NCBI GenBank assembly: GCA_027492205.1
Contig: JAOZFN010000005.1
Span: 1-64,000 of the forward strand
DNA: 64,000 nucleotides
Direction of reading: 5' to 3'
From: Thermoproteota archaeon
Lineage (GTDB): Archaea > Korarchaeota > Korarchaeia > Korarchaeales > Korarchaeaceae
The notes beneath the pieces are model-generated. The model saw nothing but the letters and a program-made list of their open reading frames with translations, was not told where the DNA came from and made no database searches. Position 1 is the stretch's first letter; each line of letters opens with the position of its first letter. The position numbers were made by a program, and so were the translations under genes. Below, piece by piece: positions 18,806-28,448 of the stretch.

Positions 18806-19917
18806 GGGCCAGGGCTCTCCTCGGGCATGACGTACCTACCAGACCGATCTCTCTCCACAACACCCTCCCTTTCAAGCTTCCTCATGATGGCCAAGGCCTC
18901 AACGATGCCGACGCCAAGCGCCGAGGCCGCCTCTCTGAGGGTAAATGGACCTTTCGAGCGAAACAGCTCAACTATTTCGTTTGGAGCTAAGGGTCTCCCT
19001 CTTCCAGCCTTCCCAACCCGCCTCCCCTCAGCTCCCAAAGCCTCAAGCATCCTCTCCTCGTCGATGGCAACTTTTCCTCCCTCGCCAACCGTGACGTGCG
19101 ATAAAAGGGCCCGAGCGATTCTGATCATTGCCCTTGGATTGTAGTTCGCCCTCTCTGCTATCAGCCTGACCACCTTCTCCGTGAAGGGATAATACGGATT
19201 GGGAGAAGATCCCTCAATCCTATAATGGGCCATTCTCTTGCGGATTATCTCTACGGCCGCCTCAGGAGAGACTGGACTAACGCTAAGAATTCTCGCGCCC
19301 AAGTTCTCGAGAAACGAGCCGATTATCCTGATGGCCTCGGGCACGCAGGCGATGAGTATTACCTTCCCACCATCAAGCCTCTGGTACAGCTCTCGGAGGA
19401 ACTTCGCGAACGCCGCGGCGTCCTTCCTAGTCCCCGTAAGAACGTTCTCAATCTCGTCAAGCATGAAGAGCACATATCCTCTGCCGTTAAGCTCGGCAGC
19501 GACGTCCCTGCCAACCCTCAGAGGGTCCGAGAAAGCCTCCTCCCCGACCTTCCTCATGAGTAGTCTGTCCAGGATACTCGATCTCACCGCGCCCAAGATG
19601 GACCTCGCCACATCCGCCCAGTCGTCCGAATCTACCTTCACATAGAATCGGTCTGCCCAGTCTATTTGTTCGGCGATAAACCTGAGTCTCTGGGTTTTTC
19701 CGCTTCCAAACTCACCCACTAGGACAATCATTGCCTTCTCGCCGGACTCCAGCGTGTTTACGACCAGCTCCCTGAGCTCCCTGTCAACCTCGGTCGCGAC
19801 GTGGAAAGGGGTCACCTCATCCAAGCCCTCACTGGATAGTTGTGCGAATGGATTGCCTATCAGCAGCCACCTCAGGTATCCTGCCTGCGCTCCCCGCGAA
19901 GTGCTCAACGTGGCCAC
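18793..19917 (-). CDS. AAA+ P-loop ATPase (ExeA/AAA_22-like) with C-terminal wHTH
   Basis: GNPF, GEFGSGKT, LDEIE, PFT...NPR, FTLREAASALG HTH. Confidence 0.75.
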   Translation of the reverse strand: MATLSTSRGAQAGYLRWLLIGNPFAQLSSEGLDEVTPFHVATEVDRELRELVVNTLESGEKAMIVLVGEFGSGKTQRLRFIAEQIDWADRFYVKVDSDDWADVARSILGAVRSSILDRLLMRKVGEEAFSDPLRVGRDVAAELNGRGYVLFMLDEIENVLTGTRKDAAAFAKFLRELYQRLDGGKVILIACVPEAIRIIGSFLENLGARILSVSPVSPEAAVEIIRKRMAHYRIEGSSPNPYYPFTEKVVRLIAERANYNPRAMIRIARALLSHVTVGEGGKVAIDEERMLEALGAEGRRVGKAGRGRPLAPNEIVELFRSKGPFTLREAASALGVGIVEALAIMRKLEREGVVERDRSGRYVMPEESPGPQSD

Positions 19918-20025
19918 TCAGGGAGGTTCACACGCGCCCCTAATATATGATCGCAACCCGGCGGCTTAACTGCCCTCGACGCCGATCAATATTAATATAT
20001 CTCCTGGAAGCCCCCACCGAGCGAG

Positions 20026-21027
20026 ATGAGTCCCAGATACGCGTATATGGCCACTTTGACGGCGATAACGGCATTAACCCTCCTGTTGACTGTGCCGCTC
20101 AGTGTCCAGGCCGCGTTTGGTGAGCCGACCACGCCTTACTACTACAAGGTGGATGTCCTGATGGACTTCCCCTCCCTCGACTACGCGGAGATCTCCATCA
20201 AGCAGAGCCTTTATGGGGATCTTGCCATATCTCTGAGGCAGTCGATCGAGGCCGTCGGGGAGGAGGTCTATCTAGACTCGGTCAGTTCCATAATCAAGGC
20301 AGAGATAGGTAACCGGAGCCTAATCACGGGCAGATACGACTTCGTATTGGATGGAGATCCCAAGGTCCAGGTTCGCTACTCTGGAGCGGAACTCCCCCGC
20401 GCGGAGATATTAATAGACTTTGTACTGCGCGGCAGCGAATCTGCCAGCGGGACCAAGATGCTGATGTACCTCATGGACGCGAGCCACCCCTGGCTCTATC
20501 AGCTCTACACACAACCGATCCTCGTTCGATTTGGGAACACCAGCGTCGTCGTTCCCTTGCATGAACTTAACCTGACGATCGTACTCCCGCCGGGATTCTG
20601 CGTCGAGACGGGCGGACCCCGCGCATCCGCGGTGAAGTTCTTGGGAGAGTATCCCAACCAGAGAGTCGTCTTGAACTGGCACGTCACCAACCCGTCTGTG
20701 GAAACAAGGGGGACGACCCTGAAGAGCTTTGGTCCGGTGTTTTTCATTCTCGACAGGCCAGATGAAGAGGCCTTGTCGGAGATACAGGAACTAGAGTCGA
20801 GCTTGCTGGCCTATGGACGTGCAGAGGATCTCCTCAGCGAATTAAGCCGCGCCAAGAGCACCCTCTTGGAGTTCTGCTCGGTAAATCAGACGTACCTCGC
20901 CGACCTGAAAACCAGAGCGACTCAGGTCCCTGGCGGCACTGGACCATCGCTCGTCGTCTGGGCGGCGTCCGTAGGCGTGGCCGCCGTCCTCATCGGCGCC
21001 TCGGCTATACTTATGAGGCGCCGGTAA
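20026..21027 (+). CDS. Secreted, C-terminally anchored surface protein
   Basis: Signal peptide ending VQA; C-terminal TM helix followed by RRR. Confidence 0.7.
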   Translation: MSPRYAYMATLTAITALTLLLTVPLSVQAAFGEPTTPYYYKVDVLMDFPSLDYAEISIKQSLYGDLAISLRQSIEAVGEEVYLDSVSSIIKAEIGNRSLITGRYDFVLDGDPKVQVRYSGAELPRAEILIDFVLRGSESASGTKMLMYLMDASHPWLYQLYTQPILVRFGNTSVVVPLHELNLTIVLPPGFCVETGGPRASAVKFLGEYPNQRVVLNWHVTNPSVETRGTTLKSFGPVFFILDRPDEEALSEIQELESSLLAYGRAEDLLSELSRAKSTLLEFCSVNQTYLADLKTRATQVPGGTGPSLVVWAASVGVAAVLIGASAILMRRR

Positions 21028-21120
21028 AACTTTTCTCTCACTGCTCCACTGACAGATCTACCCGCGAAAATATTATCTGCCCAAGAGCGGCCTAGGCGGG
21101 GGTCGCTCCTGGGCAGCATA

Positions 21121-22269
21121 GTGCTGGACGAGGAGAAGCTCTCACACAGTCATATTCCAAACAGGCTTCCGCATCGAGAGGAAGAGCTGAAGAAGATACG
21201 TTACGCGCTCGAGAGGGGGTCAGGCCCTCTCCTTGTCTACGGAAGGACGGGCGTCGGTAAGACAGCGGCGTCGCGCCTTGCGGCCCGCCTCGTGACCGAC
21301 TCGACTGGTACCCCCTTTGCCTACGTCAATTGTTCCTTCAGTCCTAGGACCGCGTCTAGGGTGCTATCTGAGATAATTCGCCAGCTGAGCGACGGAATGC
21401 CAGATAGGGGAATCTCCTTTCAAGATAGGCTCTCCCTGCTCGGGACCATAGTGGCAGACCTCAACGGGGAGGTTGGAGTCATCCTAGACGAGGTCCAGGA
21501 TTTAACTAAGGGTGGGGAGGAGCTCGTGTACTCCCTCCTGAGGCTCCACGAGAATGGGCAGGCACCATCTCTCAGCAGGCTCGTGATCATATACAGGGAG
21601 GAGACGCGTCCACAGTTCTTGGCCGAGAGCTCCACGCTCAGCTTCTTCACCCTCAAGCTTCGATTCGGGCCCTACAGTCAGGAGCAGCTGGTCGACATAT
21701 TGAGGGCCAGGGCTCAAGAGGCGCTCAGGCCTGATGCCTTCTCTGACGACGCCCTGAGAGAGATCGCCCGCCTGACCGCCAGCTACCAGGAGGGCAACGC
21801 CAGATACGCCCTATCCCTCCTGAGGGCGGCCGCCCTCTTGGCTGAGAGCGAGGGCTCTCGCGTGCTGGATGTCGAACACGTCAGACGCGCGGAGGAGGGC
21901 GCGGAGGTCTCCACCGTGGACCTCTCCATCTTGGGAAGTCTCGACCTACACGATCAGCTGATACTGTTGGCCGTCGCCAAACTCCATTCCAGACTCGGCG
22001 AGAGGTGGGTGACGATGGGGGCCCTCAAGGAGGAGTACCGCGTGATAGCCGAGGGCTACGGCATCCCTGCCTTCAAACACACTGCCATTTGGAGGCGCGT
22101 CAAGGACCTTGGCGCCTTGGGAATCCTCGAGATACGACGCTCGGGGAAGGGTATGAGAGGGCAGACGACCCTGATCTCCCTCCGAGCGCCGCCGGAAGAA
22201 CTGTCGGAGATTGTAGAGGGCATCTTGAACAGGAAGGTGGGGAAGTGGCCAATCAGGACACCCCTCTAA
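21121..22269 (+). CDS. cdc6: Cdc6/Orc1 AAA+ protein (Orc1-2/ORC2-like clade)
   Basis: IPNRLPHREEE, GRTGVGKT, YVNC, LDEVQ, GNARYA, wHTH SGKGMRGQTTLISL. Confidence 0.9.
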   Translation: MLDEEKLSHSHIPNRLPHREEELKKIRYALERGSGPLLVYGRTGVGKTAASRLAARLVTDSTGTPFAYVNCSFSPRTASRVLSEIIRQLSDGMPDRGISFQDRLSLLGTIVADLNGEVGVILDEVQDLTKGGEELVYSLLRLHENGQAPSLSRLVIIYREETRPQFLAESSTLSFFTLKLRFGPYSQEQLVDILRARAQEALRPDAFSDDALREIARLTASYQEGNARYALSLLRAAALLAESEGSRVLDVEHVRRAEEGAEVSTVDLSILGSLDLHDQLILLAVAKLHSRLGERWVTMGALKEEYRVIAEGYGIPAFKHTAIWRRVKDLGALGILEIRRSGKGMRGQTTLISLRAPPEELSEIVEGILNRKVGKWPIRTPL

Positions 22270-23506
22270 CGTTCTCTAGAGCGGACTGAAGGGCCTCAGG
22301 ATCCAACCCGTGCCTCCTCGCGAACTCTATGACTTTCGCTGGCCTGTCGCCCAACGCGGCCTTGATCAGCGGGAGAATCTCCCTTGCGACCACCTTGGAG
22401 GGCACGTGGTACCTCTTGGCCAGCTGTAGGGACACTTCTCTAATCGTCCTCCTGGACTGGACTGTGGCAGATGCTTGCTTCACCCAGGACGGAAACGAGA
22501 ACCTCACATAGCCCGTCTGTTCTCCCGTCGTCAATTTGGCTGAGCACACGCCCAGAGTCGCCATCTCGTTTGCGTACGCCAGGAGCCTCCAGCTCTGAGT
22601 TCGCACGATCCTCCCCCTGAAGACATCCGCGCGGGACAGGTACTCGTACGCCAGTGCGAGGGTCTTCGGGCTCTTGTAGACCAGAGGTACGTTTTCCTCC
22701 ACCCACCTGAGGATCATGTCAGGATCGACGTCGACGCTCATGGTCATCCAGGCCGTGTACCTGCAGTTCTTTCCAAGAAATATGGCCCTCATCAGCTCGA
22801 ATATGTTCTTCTCTACGTCCCTGCTCCCGAAGATTCTTCCGACGGCCCCAACGAGTTCTCGAGATCCCTTGGCGACGGCCTCTAGGTCGTTTATCGCTGC
22901 CCTCAGGTCACCTTTGGAGTTCTGTGCGATAGCCTTCAGCGCCGTCTCTGGCAGGCGGACCCCCTCCCGCTGGGCGATCCTTCTCAGCACCGCGTAGACG
23001 GTCGTCCAGCGAAGCCTGGTGAACTGCACCATCGTCGTGAGACCCCTGAGCTGCGCGAGCCCCTGCTCATATGGGTCGTTGGCCGTCAGCACGATGGGAA
23101 CCGGTGCCCTCTTCAGGATCTCCCTAAGTATGGAAGCGATGGTGCGGGCCTCCGAGGGCAGGGCGTCTATCTCATCGAATAAGATCATTCTCCTCTTCCC
23201 CGTGAAGAGGGACCGAGCAGTCAGCCCCTCCAGCAGCTTGGATAGGCGCTCTCTGCTCCTGACGTCGCTCGCGTTGACCTCAACGATCTCCATGTCCAAC
23301 TCCAGGGCTATTGCGTAGGCCGCAGAGGTCTTTCCGGTTCCTGGGGGCCCGTACAGGAGGAGGGGCCTAACCTTCTTTCCCATCTTGACGTCTTCAATCC
23401 ACTTCCTGATGGCCTCGACCGCCTTCTTTTGTCCCACTATCTCGTCCAAGCTCTTGGGCCTATGCTTTTCCGTCCAGGGTATCCTCTCGAGAGAGGCCTC
23501 GCTCAA
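22253..23506 (-). CDS. rfcL: Replication factor C large subunit
   Basis: PWTEKHRP, GPPGTGKT, EVNASD, FDEID, GDLRAAINDL. Confidence 0.95.
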   Translation of the reverse strand: MSEASLERIPWTEKHRPKSLDEIVGQKKAVEAIRKWIEDVKMGKKVRPLLLYGPPGTGKTSAAYAIALELDMEIVEVNASDVRSRERLSKLLEGLTARSLFTGKRRMILFDEIDALPSEARTIASILREILKRAPVPIVLTANDPYEQGLAQLRGLTTMVQFTRLRWTTVYAVLRRIAQREGVRLPETALKAIAQNSKGDLRAAINDLEAVAKGSRELVGAVGRIFGSRDVEKNIFELMRAIFLGKNCRYTAWMTMSVDVDPDMILRWVEENVPLVYKSPKTLALAYEYLSRADVFRGRIVRTQSWRLLAYANEMATLGVCSAKLTTGEQTGYVRFSFPSWVKQASATVQSRRTIREVSLQLAKRYHVPSKVVAREILPLIKAALGDRPAKVIEFARRHGLDPEALQSALENVRGVS

Positions 23507-24477
23507 GTCCTGCCACCCACCGCGGCCAGCTTGGCCAGGAGGGCCGACAGCTGAATGTCGCCATGTGAACCTTCGGTGAGCCTGAAGTCCGCCTCTCCGA
23601 TGTGGTAGGCAAGCTCCGCCTTGACCGCATCGTTGAGGTTCGGCAGGGCCATTATCTCCCTGTGGAGCTGTCTGACTATGTCCTCCGCCGACATGCCATA
23701 TGTGATCATGAGATCCCTCAGCGTCGCCCTGGCCTTCATGAAGTCCCCTTTCAGGGCGAGCTGGATCATATCACGCACTTCCTGAGGGCTCGCTATCCCC
23801 GCCACCTTGTAGACGAGGATAGCGTCGACGACCTTCCCGAAGGCGGATGCGGTCTGGAGGAGATTTATCGCCCTCCTTAAGTCCCCTTCAGCGACGTACA
23901 CAATCGCATCCAGCCCCTCCTCCTCATAGGAGACGTCCTCATTCTCTGCGATGAACCGGAGCCTCTCCTTTATGGCCTCGTCCGGCAGGGGGTTGAACCT
24001 GAACACGGCGGTTCTGGACTGTATGGGCTCTATGATTTTCGAGGAGTAGTTGCACGCCAGTATGAACCTCACGTTGTCGGAGTAAAGCTCCATGACTCTT
24101 CTGAGAGCGTGCTGGGCATCGGCAGTCATGCTGTCGGCCTCGTCTAGGTGTATGATCTTGAAGGGAGCATCTCCGAAGGGCATGGCCCTGGCAAAGTCCT
24201 TCACCTTCGTGCGGATGGTGTCGATCCCCCTCTCGTCAGAGGCGTTCAGCTCCATGTAGTTCCTACGGAAGGCCTCCCCCTCGCCGAAGAACTCGTGCGC
24301 CAGGGCAATTGCCGTAGTAGTCTTTCCGGTTCCCGCTGGGCCCGCGAACAGCAGGTGAGGTATGGACCCTTTGGCGACGAACCCCTTTAGAGCGTCTACA
24401 ACTTCCTCCTGATCCACCACGTCGTCCAATTTCCTGGGCCGATACTTCTCAATCCAAAGTTCGAACGCCAAATTCAT
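23503..24477 (-). CDS. rfcS: Replication factor C small subunit (no intein)
   Basis: WIEKYRP, GPAGTGKTT, ELNASDERG, LDEAD, IIEPIQSR. Confidence 0.97.
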   Translation of the reverse strand: MNLAFELWIEKYRPRKLDDVVDQEEVVDALKGFVAKGSIPHLLFAGPAGTGKTTTAIALAHEFFGEGEAFRRNYMELNASDERGIDTIRTKVKDFARAMPFGDAPFKIIHLDEADSMTADAQHALRRVMELYSDNVRFILACNYSSKIIEPIQSRTAVFRFNPLPDEAIKERLRFIAENEDVSYEEEGLDAIVYVAEGDLRRAINLLQTASAFGKVVDAILVYKVAGIASPQEVRDMIQLALKGDFMKARATLRDLMITYGMSAEDIVRQLHREIMALPNLNDAVKAELAYHIGEADFRLTEGSHGDIQLSALLAKLAAVGGRT

Positions 24478-24578
24478 CCCTCCGAACTCCTCATCAAGGG
24501 ACTCTCCGGAAAATAATTAGGTGCCGGTCCTAAGGGCCGATCCTCACCTTTATAACTCCGGCCGGAGCGCCACGGGAG

Positions 24579-24797
24579 ATGTTCCCGGTAAGGTGCTTCA
24601 CGTGCGGGGCCGTCATAGGAGATAAGTGGGAGGAGTACATCTCGAGGGTTTCCCAGGGTGAGCCCCCGGGCAAGGTCTTGGACGAGATGGGCATCAGGAG
24701 GTACTGCTGCAGGCGGATGTTCCTCTCCCACGTCGATGTAAGCGACGAGCTGGTCATGTTCGCCTCAATGGCAAAGCTGAAGATGGCTCCGCCGTGA
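24579..24797 (+). CDS. rpoN: RNA polymerase subunit N (Rpo10)
   Basis: [15 protein letters not shown]. Confidence 0.97.
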   Translation: MFPVRCFTCGAVIGDKWEEYISRVSQGEPPGKVLDEMGIRRYCCRRMFLSHVDVSDELVMFASMAKLKMAPP

Positions 24798-24828
24798 GCG
24801 CCTGCCGAAGGTTTATACGTCCACTCGG

Positions 24829-25500
24829 TTGGTGCGGGTGGTGCGAAAAATGCCGGACGCTCGGGACGAGTTCATGTCCATACCCGTCGAGGACAAGGAC
24901 CTGCTGGTCCCCAGACAGAAGTACCTCTCCGCCGGGATACACGTGGGCACGAAGGTCAGGACCAAGGACATGGAGAAGTTCATCTACAAGGTGAGGCCCG
25001 ACGGGCTCTGCATGATAGACATTCGCAAGACTGACGAAAGAATCAGGGTCGCGGCCAAGTTCCTCGCCCGAATGAATCCGGAGAAAATCTTGGTGGTTTC
25101 GGCAAGGATCTACGGGTTCAAGCCCGTCAGGAAGTTCGCGGAGTACGTGGGCGCCAAGGCGATCACCGGCCGCATCCTTCCAGGGCTCCTGACGAACCCA
25201 CAGTCTCCCTCCTACACCGAGCCCGAGGTGGTCTTACTCTCAGACCCCAGGGTGGACAAGCAGATCCATGACGAGAGCGCCAAGGTCGGCATACCCGTGG
25301 TAGCCCTGGTCGACGCGGACAACACCTTGGAGAACATAGATCTCGCTATACCCGCAAACAACAAGGGTAGGAGATCCCTGGCCTTCATCTTCTGGCTGCT
25401 GGCCCGCGAGGTCTTGAGGGCGAGGGGAGACCTTCCCCCTGACGGCGAACTCCCGGAGGGCTACGAGGCCTTCGCCACGAGGATCATGGGGATAATGTGA
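24829..25500 (+). CDS. rps2: 30S ribosomal protein S2 (uS2)
   Basis: [32 protein letters not shown]; true start may be ATG 24850. Confidence 0.96.
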   Translation: MVRVVRKMPDARDEFMSIPVEDKDLLVPRQKYLSAGIHVGTKVRTKDMEKFIYKVRPDGLCMIDIRKTDERIRVAAKFLARMNPEKILVVSARIYGFKPVRKFAEYVGAKAITGRILPGLLTNPQSPSYTEPEVVLLSDPRVDKQIHDESAKVGIPVVALVDADNTLENIDLAIPANNKGRRSLAFIFWLLAREVLRARGDLPPDGELPEGYEAFATRIMGIM

Positions 25501-25555
25501 CATTCCCCCCGATACAGTTTTTCATTCGCCCACTCCCATCAACCGGGAGAGCATC

Positions 25556-26404
25556 ATGAGCGTCAGGAGGCCCGCCGTCGCCGGGTTCTTCTATCCTGCG
25601 GGTCCATCGGCCCTCTTACGCTCCCTGAAGGAGGCCTTCAGTAGGGCAGGTTACGCACAGATACCCCGAGCCTCCGAATCCGGCCCCCGCTCAATAAGGG
25701 GCGCCATGTGCCCTCACGCCGGATACGTCTACTCGGGCCACGTTGCGGCCACGGCGTACGCGAAGTTGGCAGAAGACGGCATGCCGGACGTCTTCGTCTT
25801 GGTGGGACCCAACCACACCGGACTGGGTGAGATGATCTCCGTCTACCCGGGAGGGTTCTGGGAAACTCCGCTGGGGAGAGTCCCCATCGACTCCGAGTTG
25901 GCGGCTGAGATAAGGGAGAGCTGCCCCTTGGCACGGTTCGACAAGCTTGCCCACCTGAAGGAGCACTCCCTGGAAGTTCAGCTCCCCTTCATACAGGCGG
26001 TATTTGGAGAAGTGAAGATAGTCCCAATAGCAATGCTAGATCAGTCCCCGGGGGCCGCCACATCACTTGGCTCCGCCATCGCTTCGGCATGCTCAAGCTT
26101 GGGGAGGGACTGCGTAGTGATAGCCTCCTCCGATATGTCTCACTACGAGCCGGCCGAGGTGGCCGAGAGGAAGGACAGAAGGGCCTTGGAGGCGATCATC
26201 TCCATGAACGTGGAGGCCCTCTACGAGGCAATCTCGGCGCTGAACATCTCCATGTGTGGATACGGCCCGGCGGCCGCCATGCTCGTTGCCTCGAGGCTCA
26301 TGGGGGCTGAGAAGGCTGAACTCCTGGCCTACACTCACAGCGGTGAGACCACCGGGGATTACTCGGCCGTAGTGGGTTACGCGTCGGTGGTGGTGCGCGC
26401 TTGA
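25556..26404 (+). CDS. MEMO1 family protein (AmmeMemoRadiSam B)
   Basis: RRPAVAGFFYP, PHAGYVYSG, EHSLEVQLPF, SSDMSHY, SMCGYGP. Confidence 0.93.
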   Translation: MSVRRPAVAGFFYPAGPSALLRSLKEAFSRAGYAQIPRASESGPRSIRGAMCPHAGYVYSGHVAATAYAKLAEDGMPDVFVLVGPNHTGLGEMISVYPGGFWETPLGRVPIDSELAAEIRESCPLARFDKLAHLKEHSLEVQLPFIQAVFGEVKIVPIAMLDQSPGAATSLGSAIASACSSLGRDCVVIASSDMSHYEPAEVAERKDRRALEAIISMNVEALYEAISALNISMCGYGPAAAMLVASRLMGAEKAELLAYTHSGETTGDYSAVVGYASVVVRA

Positions 26405-27525
26405 GCACCCCTTCTCGAAAGTTGGATCACCTTCTCATAGCCCGTGATCGGGAAGTGGAGGCCCTGAGACTCAATTGGCTGCCGCAGATATACATTCTGC
26501 ACGAGGCCCTTCCCGAGATGGACCTCGACCACGTAAGCCTCGAAACAGACTTCTTGGGAAGGACCGTCGCCGCGCCCCTCATCATCGAGGGCATGACCGG
26601 AGGACACGAGGTCGCGGAGAGGATAAACAGGGCCCTGGCATCGGTGGCAGAGGAGTTTCGCGTTGCCATAGGGGTTGGCAGCCAAAGGGCAGCCCTGGAG
26701 CACCCCGAGCTCATCGGCACATATAGAGTGGGGAGAGAGGAGGCCCCCGACGTTCCGCTCATAGCAAACATTGGGGCCACCCACATCACCGGTGAGCGGG
26801 GCCTCCGCAACGTTCAAGAGGTTGCGTCAATGATAGAGGCCGACGCCGTTGCAATTCACCTAAACGCGCTCCAAGAGGTAGTGCAGCCCGAGGGAGACCC
26901 TATGTACGCCGGGGTCCTTGCGGCCCTGAGGGACCTCTCACGGGAGGCAGGCGTGCCCATAGTGGTCAAGGAGACCGGGACCGGAATCTCGGGGGAGACC
27001 GCGCGAGCCATAGAGAGGGCAGGGGCGTACGCGATTGATGTCGGCGGCGCGGGCGGGACTCACTGGGCGATAGTGGAGGGGCTGAGGTATCCGCAGGACC
27101 ACAGACTGGCGCCCTCCCCATTCAGATTCACGACTTGGGGGATACCGACACCGGTGAGCGTGGCCGAGGTGTCCTCTCTCACGTCTAGGGTCAAGGTGAT
27201 CGGCTCTGGCGGAGTCCGCAGCGGGGTGGACGCCGCGAAGGTGATAGCCCTCGGCGCCCACATGGCCGGGGCCGCTCTCCCCTTCCTCCGAGCCTTCTAC
27301 AGGGGAGGGAGGGATTCTCTCAGGGACGCCATGGAGAGGTTCATCTCAGAGCTTAGGTGGGCCCTGTTCTTGGCGGGCTGCAGGACTCCAGCCGAGCTGA
27401 GGCTCCGAGGTCGTGCGGTCGTCACAGGCGACCCGCTTCAGTGGCTCCAACAGAGGCTGGGCCCCGGATGGCAAGTTTATAAACCCGGGATGAAGTCGCC
27501 TCGATGGCTTGTAGGGTGGGGATGA
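26401..27525 (+). CDS. fni: Type 2 isopentenyl-diphosphate isomerase
   Basis: RKLDH, MTGG, GVGSQR, HLNALQE, VKETGTG, GGAGGT, WGIPT. Confidence 0.95.
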   Translation: MSTPSRKLDHLLIARDREVEALRLNWLPQIYILHEALPEMDLDHVSLETDFLGRTVAAPLIIEGMTGGHEVAERINRALASVAEEFRVAIGVGSQRAALEHPELIGTYRVGREEAPDVPLIANIGATHITGERGLRNVQEVASMIEADAVAIHLNALQEVVQPEGDPMYAGVLAALRDLSREAGVPIVVKETGTGISGETARAIERAGAYAIDVGGAGGTHWAIVEGLRYPQDHRLAPSPFRFTTWGIPTPVSVAEVSSLTSRVKVIGSGGVRSGVDAAKVIALGAHMAGAALPFLRAFYRGGRDSLRDAMERFISELRWALFLAGCRTPAELRLRGRAVVTGDPLQWLQQRLGPGWQVYKPGMKSPRWLVGWG

Positions 27526-27528
27526 AGG

Positions 27529-27921
27529 ATGACCGCAGGAGACAAACCCTTCTACGTGAAGTTCGAGACCCCTGAGGACCTGGTTCCCAAGATATACGAG
27601 CTCATCGAGCTCGCTAGGACGACCGGGGGTAAGATCAGAAAGGGCGTCAACGAGACGACGAAGTCCATAGAGCGTGGCGAGGCCGTGTTCGTCGTCGTGG
27701 CCGAGGACGTCGATCCGCCCGAGATAGTGGCCCACATCCCGCTGCTGTGCGACGAGAAGAACGTTCCGTACGCCTACGTTCCCAGCAAGGCTGAGCTGGG
27801 GAAGGCGGCGGGCATCGAGGTAGCCTCCTCCTCGGTCGCCATAATCGATCCGGGTCAGGCCAAGAGCCTCATGGAGGCCCTCGTGGAAAAGATAGAGGAG
27901 GTCAAGAAGGCCTCTTCGTAG
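27529..27921 (+). CDS. rpl7ae: 50S ribosomal protein L7Ae
   Basis: [28 protein letters not shown]. Confidence 0.97.
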   Translation: MTAGDKPFYVKFETPEDLVPKIYELIELARTTGGKIRKGVNETTKSIERGEAVFVVVAEDVDPPEIVAHIPLLCDEKNVPYAYVPSKAELGKAAGIEVASSSVAIIDPGQAKSLMEALVEKIEEVKKASS

Positions 27922-27986
27922 CCTCCCCCTCTGCGGCGGGTTAATATACCCTCGATCTCTCCCAGGACCGACGGGAGGTAGGTGAA

Positions 27987-28205
27987 GTGTCCTCCGAACA
28001 GGACAAGGCGTATCCAGCCGAGGTCGTGGAGATAATTGGGAGGACGGGAGTTGCCGGCGACGTGATCCAGGTGAGGGCGAAGGTCCTCGCGGGAAAGGAC
28101 AGGGGGAGGGTCCTGACCAGGAATGTGAAGGGGCCCGTCAGGCTCGGCGACATCCTCCTGCTCAGGGAGACCGAGATGGAGGCCCGCAAGCTGAAGCCGA
28201 GGTGA
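27987..28205 (+). CDS. rps28e: 30S ribosomal protein S28e
   Basis: [20 protein letters not shown]. Confidence 0.97.
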   Translation: MSSEQDKAYPAEVVEIIGRTGVAGDVIQVRAKVLAGKDRGRVLTRNVKGPVRLGDILLLRETEMEARKLKPR

Positions 28206-28220
28206 GGCGAGGGGATAAGC

Positions 28221-28448
28221 TTGAGCAAGGCGGCTTACAGGGCGCTGAAGACGTGCAAGTTCTGTGGGGCTGAGATAGAGCCCGGGAAGGGCTGGATGTA
28301 CGTCTTGGCGGACGGCACCATCTGGTACTTCTGCTCGTCCAAGTGCGCGAAGAACATGCTCCACCTTGGCAGGAAGCCCGAGAGGGTCAGGTGGACTGCC
28401 AAGGCCAGGGAGCTCAAGCAGAAGAGGAGACTCGGCCAGAATGTCTGA
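28221..28448 (+). CDS. rpl24e: 50S ribosomal protein L24e
   Basis: CKFCG.EIEPGKG, FCSSKC, VRWT. Confidence 0.96.
   Translation: MSKAAYRALKTCKFCGAEIEPGKGWMYVLADGTIWYFCSSKCAKNMLHLGRKPERVRWTAKARELKQKRRLGQNV

Noticed and set aside
25556-26404. Complete AmmeMemoRadiSam system (MEMO1 + AMMECR1 + radical SAM)
   Set aside because: MEMO1 and AMMECR1 are about 35 kb apart in ordinary contexts, and the radical SAM genes here are not evidently the partner type
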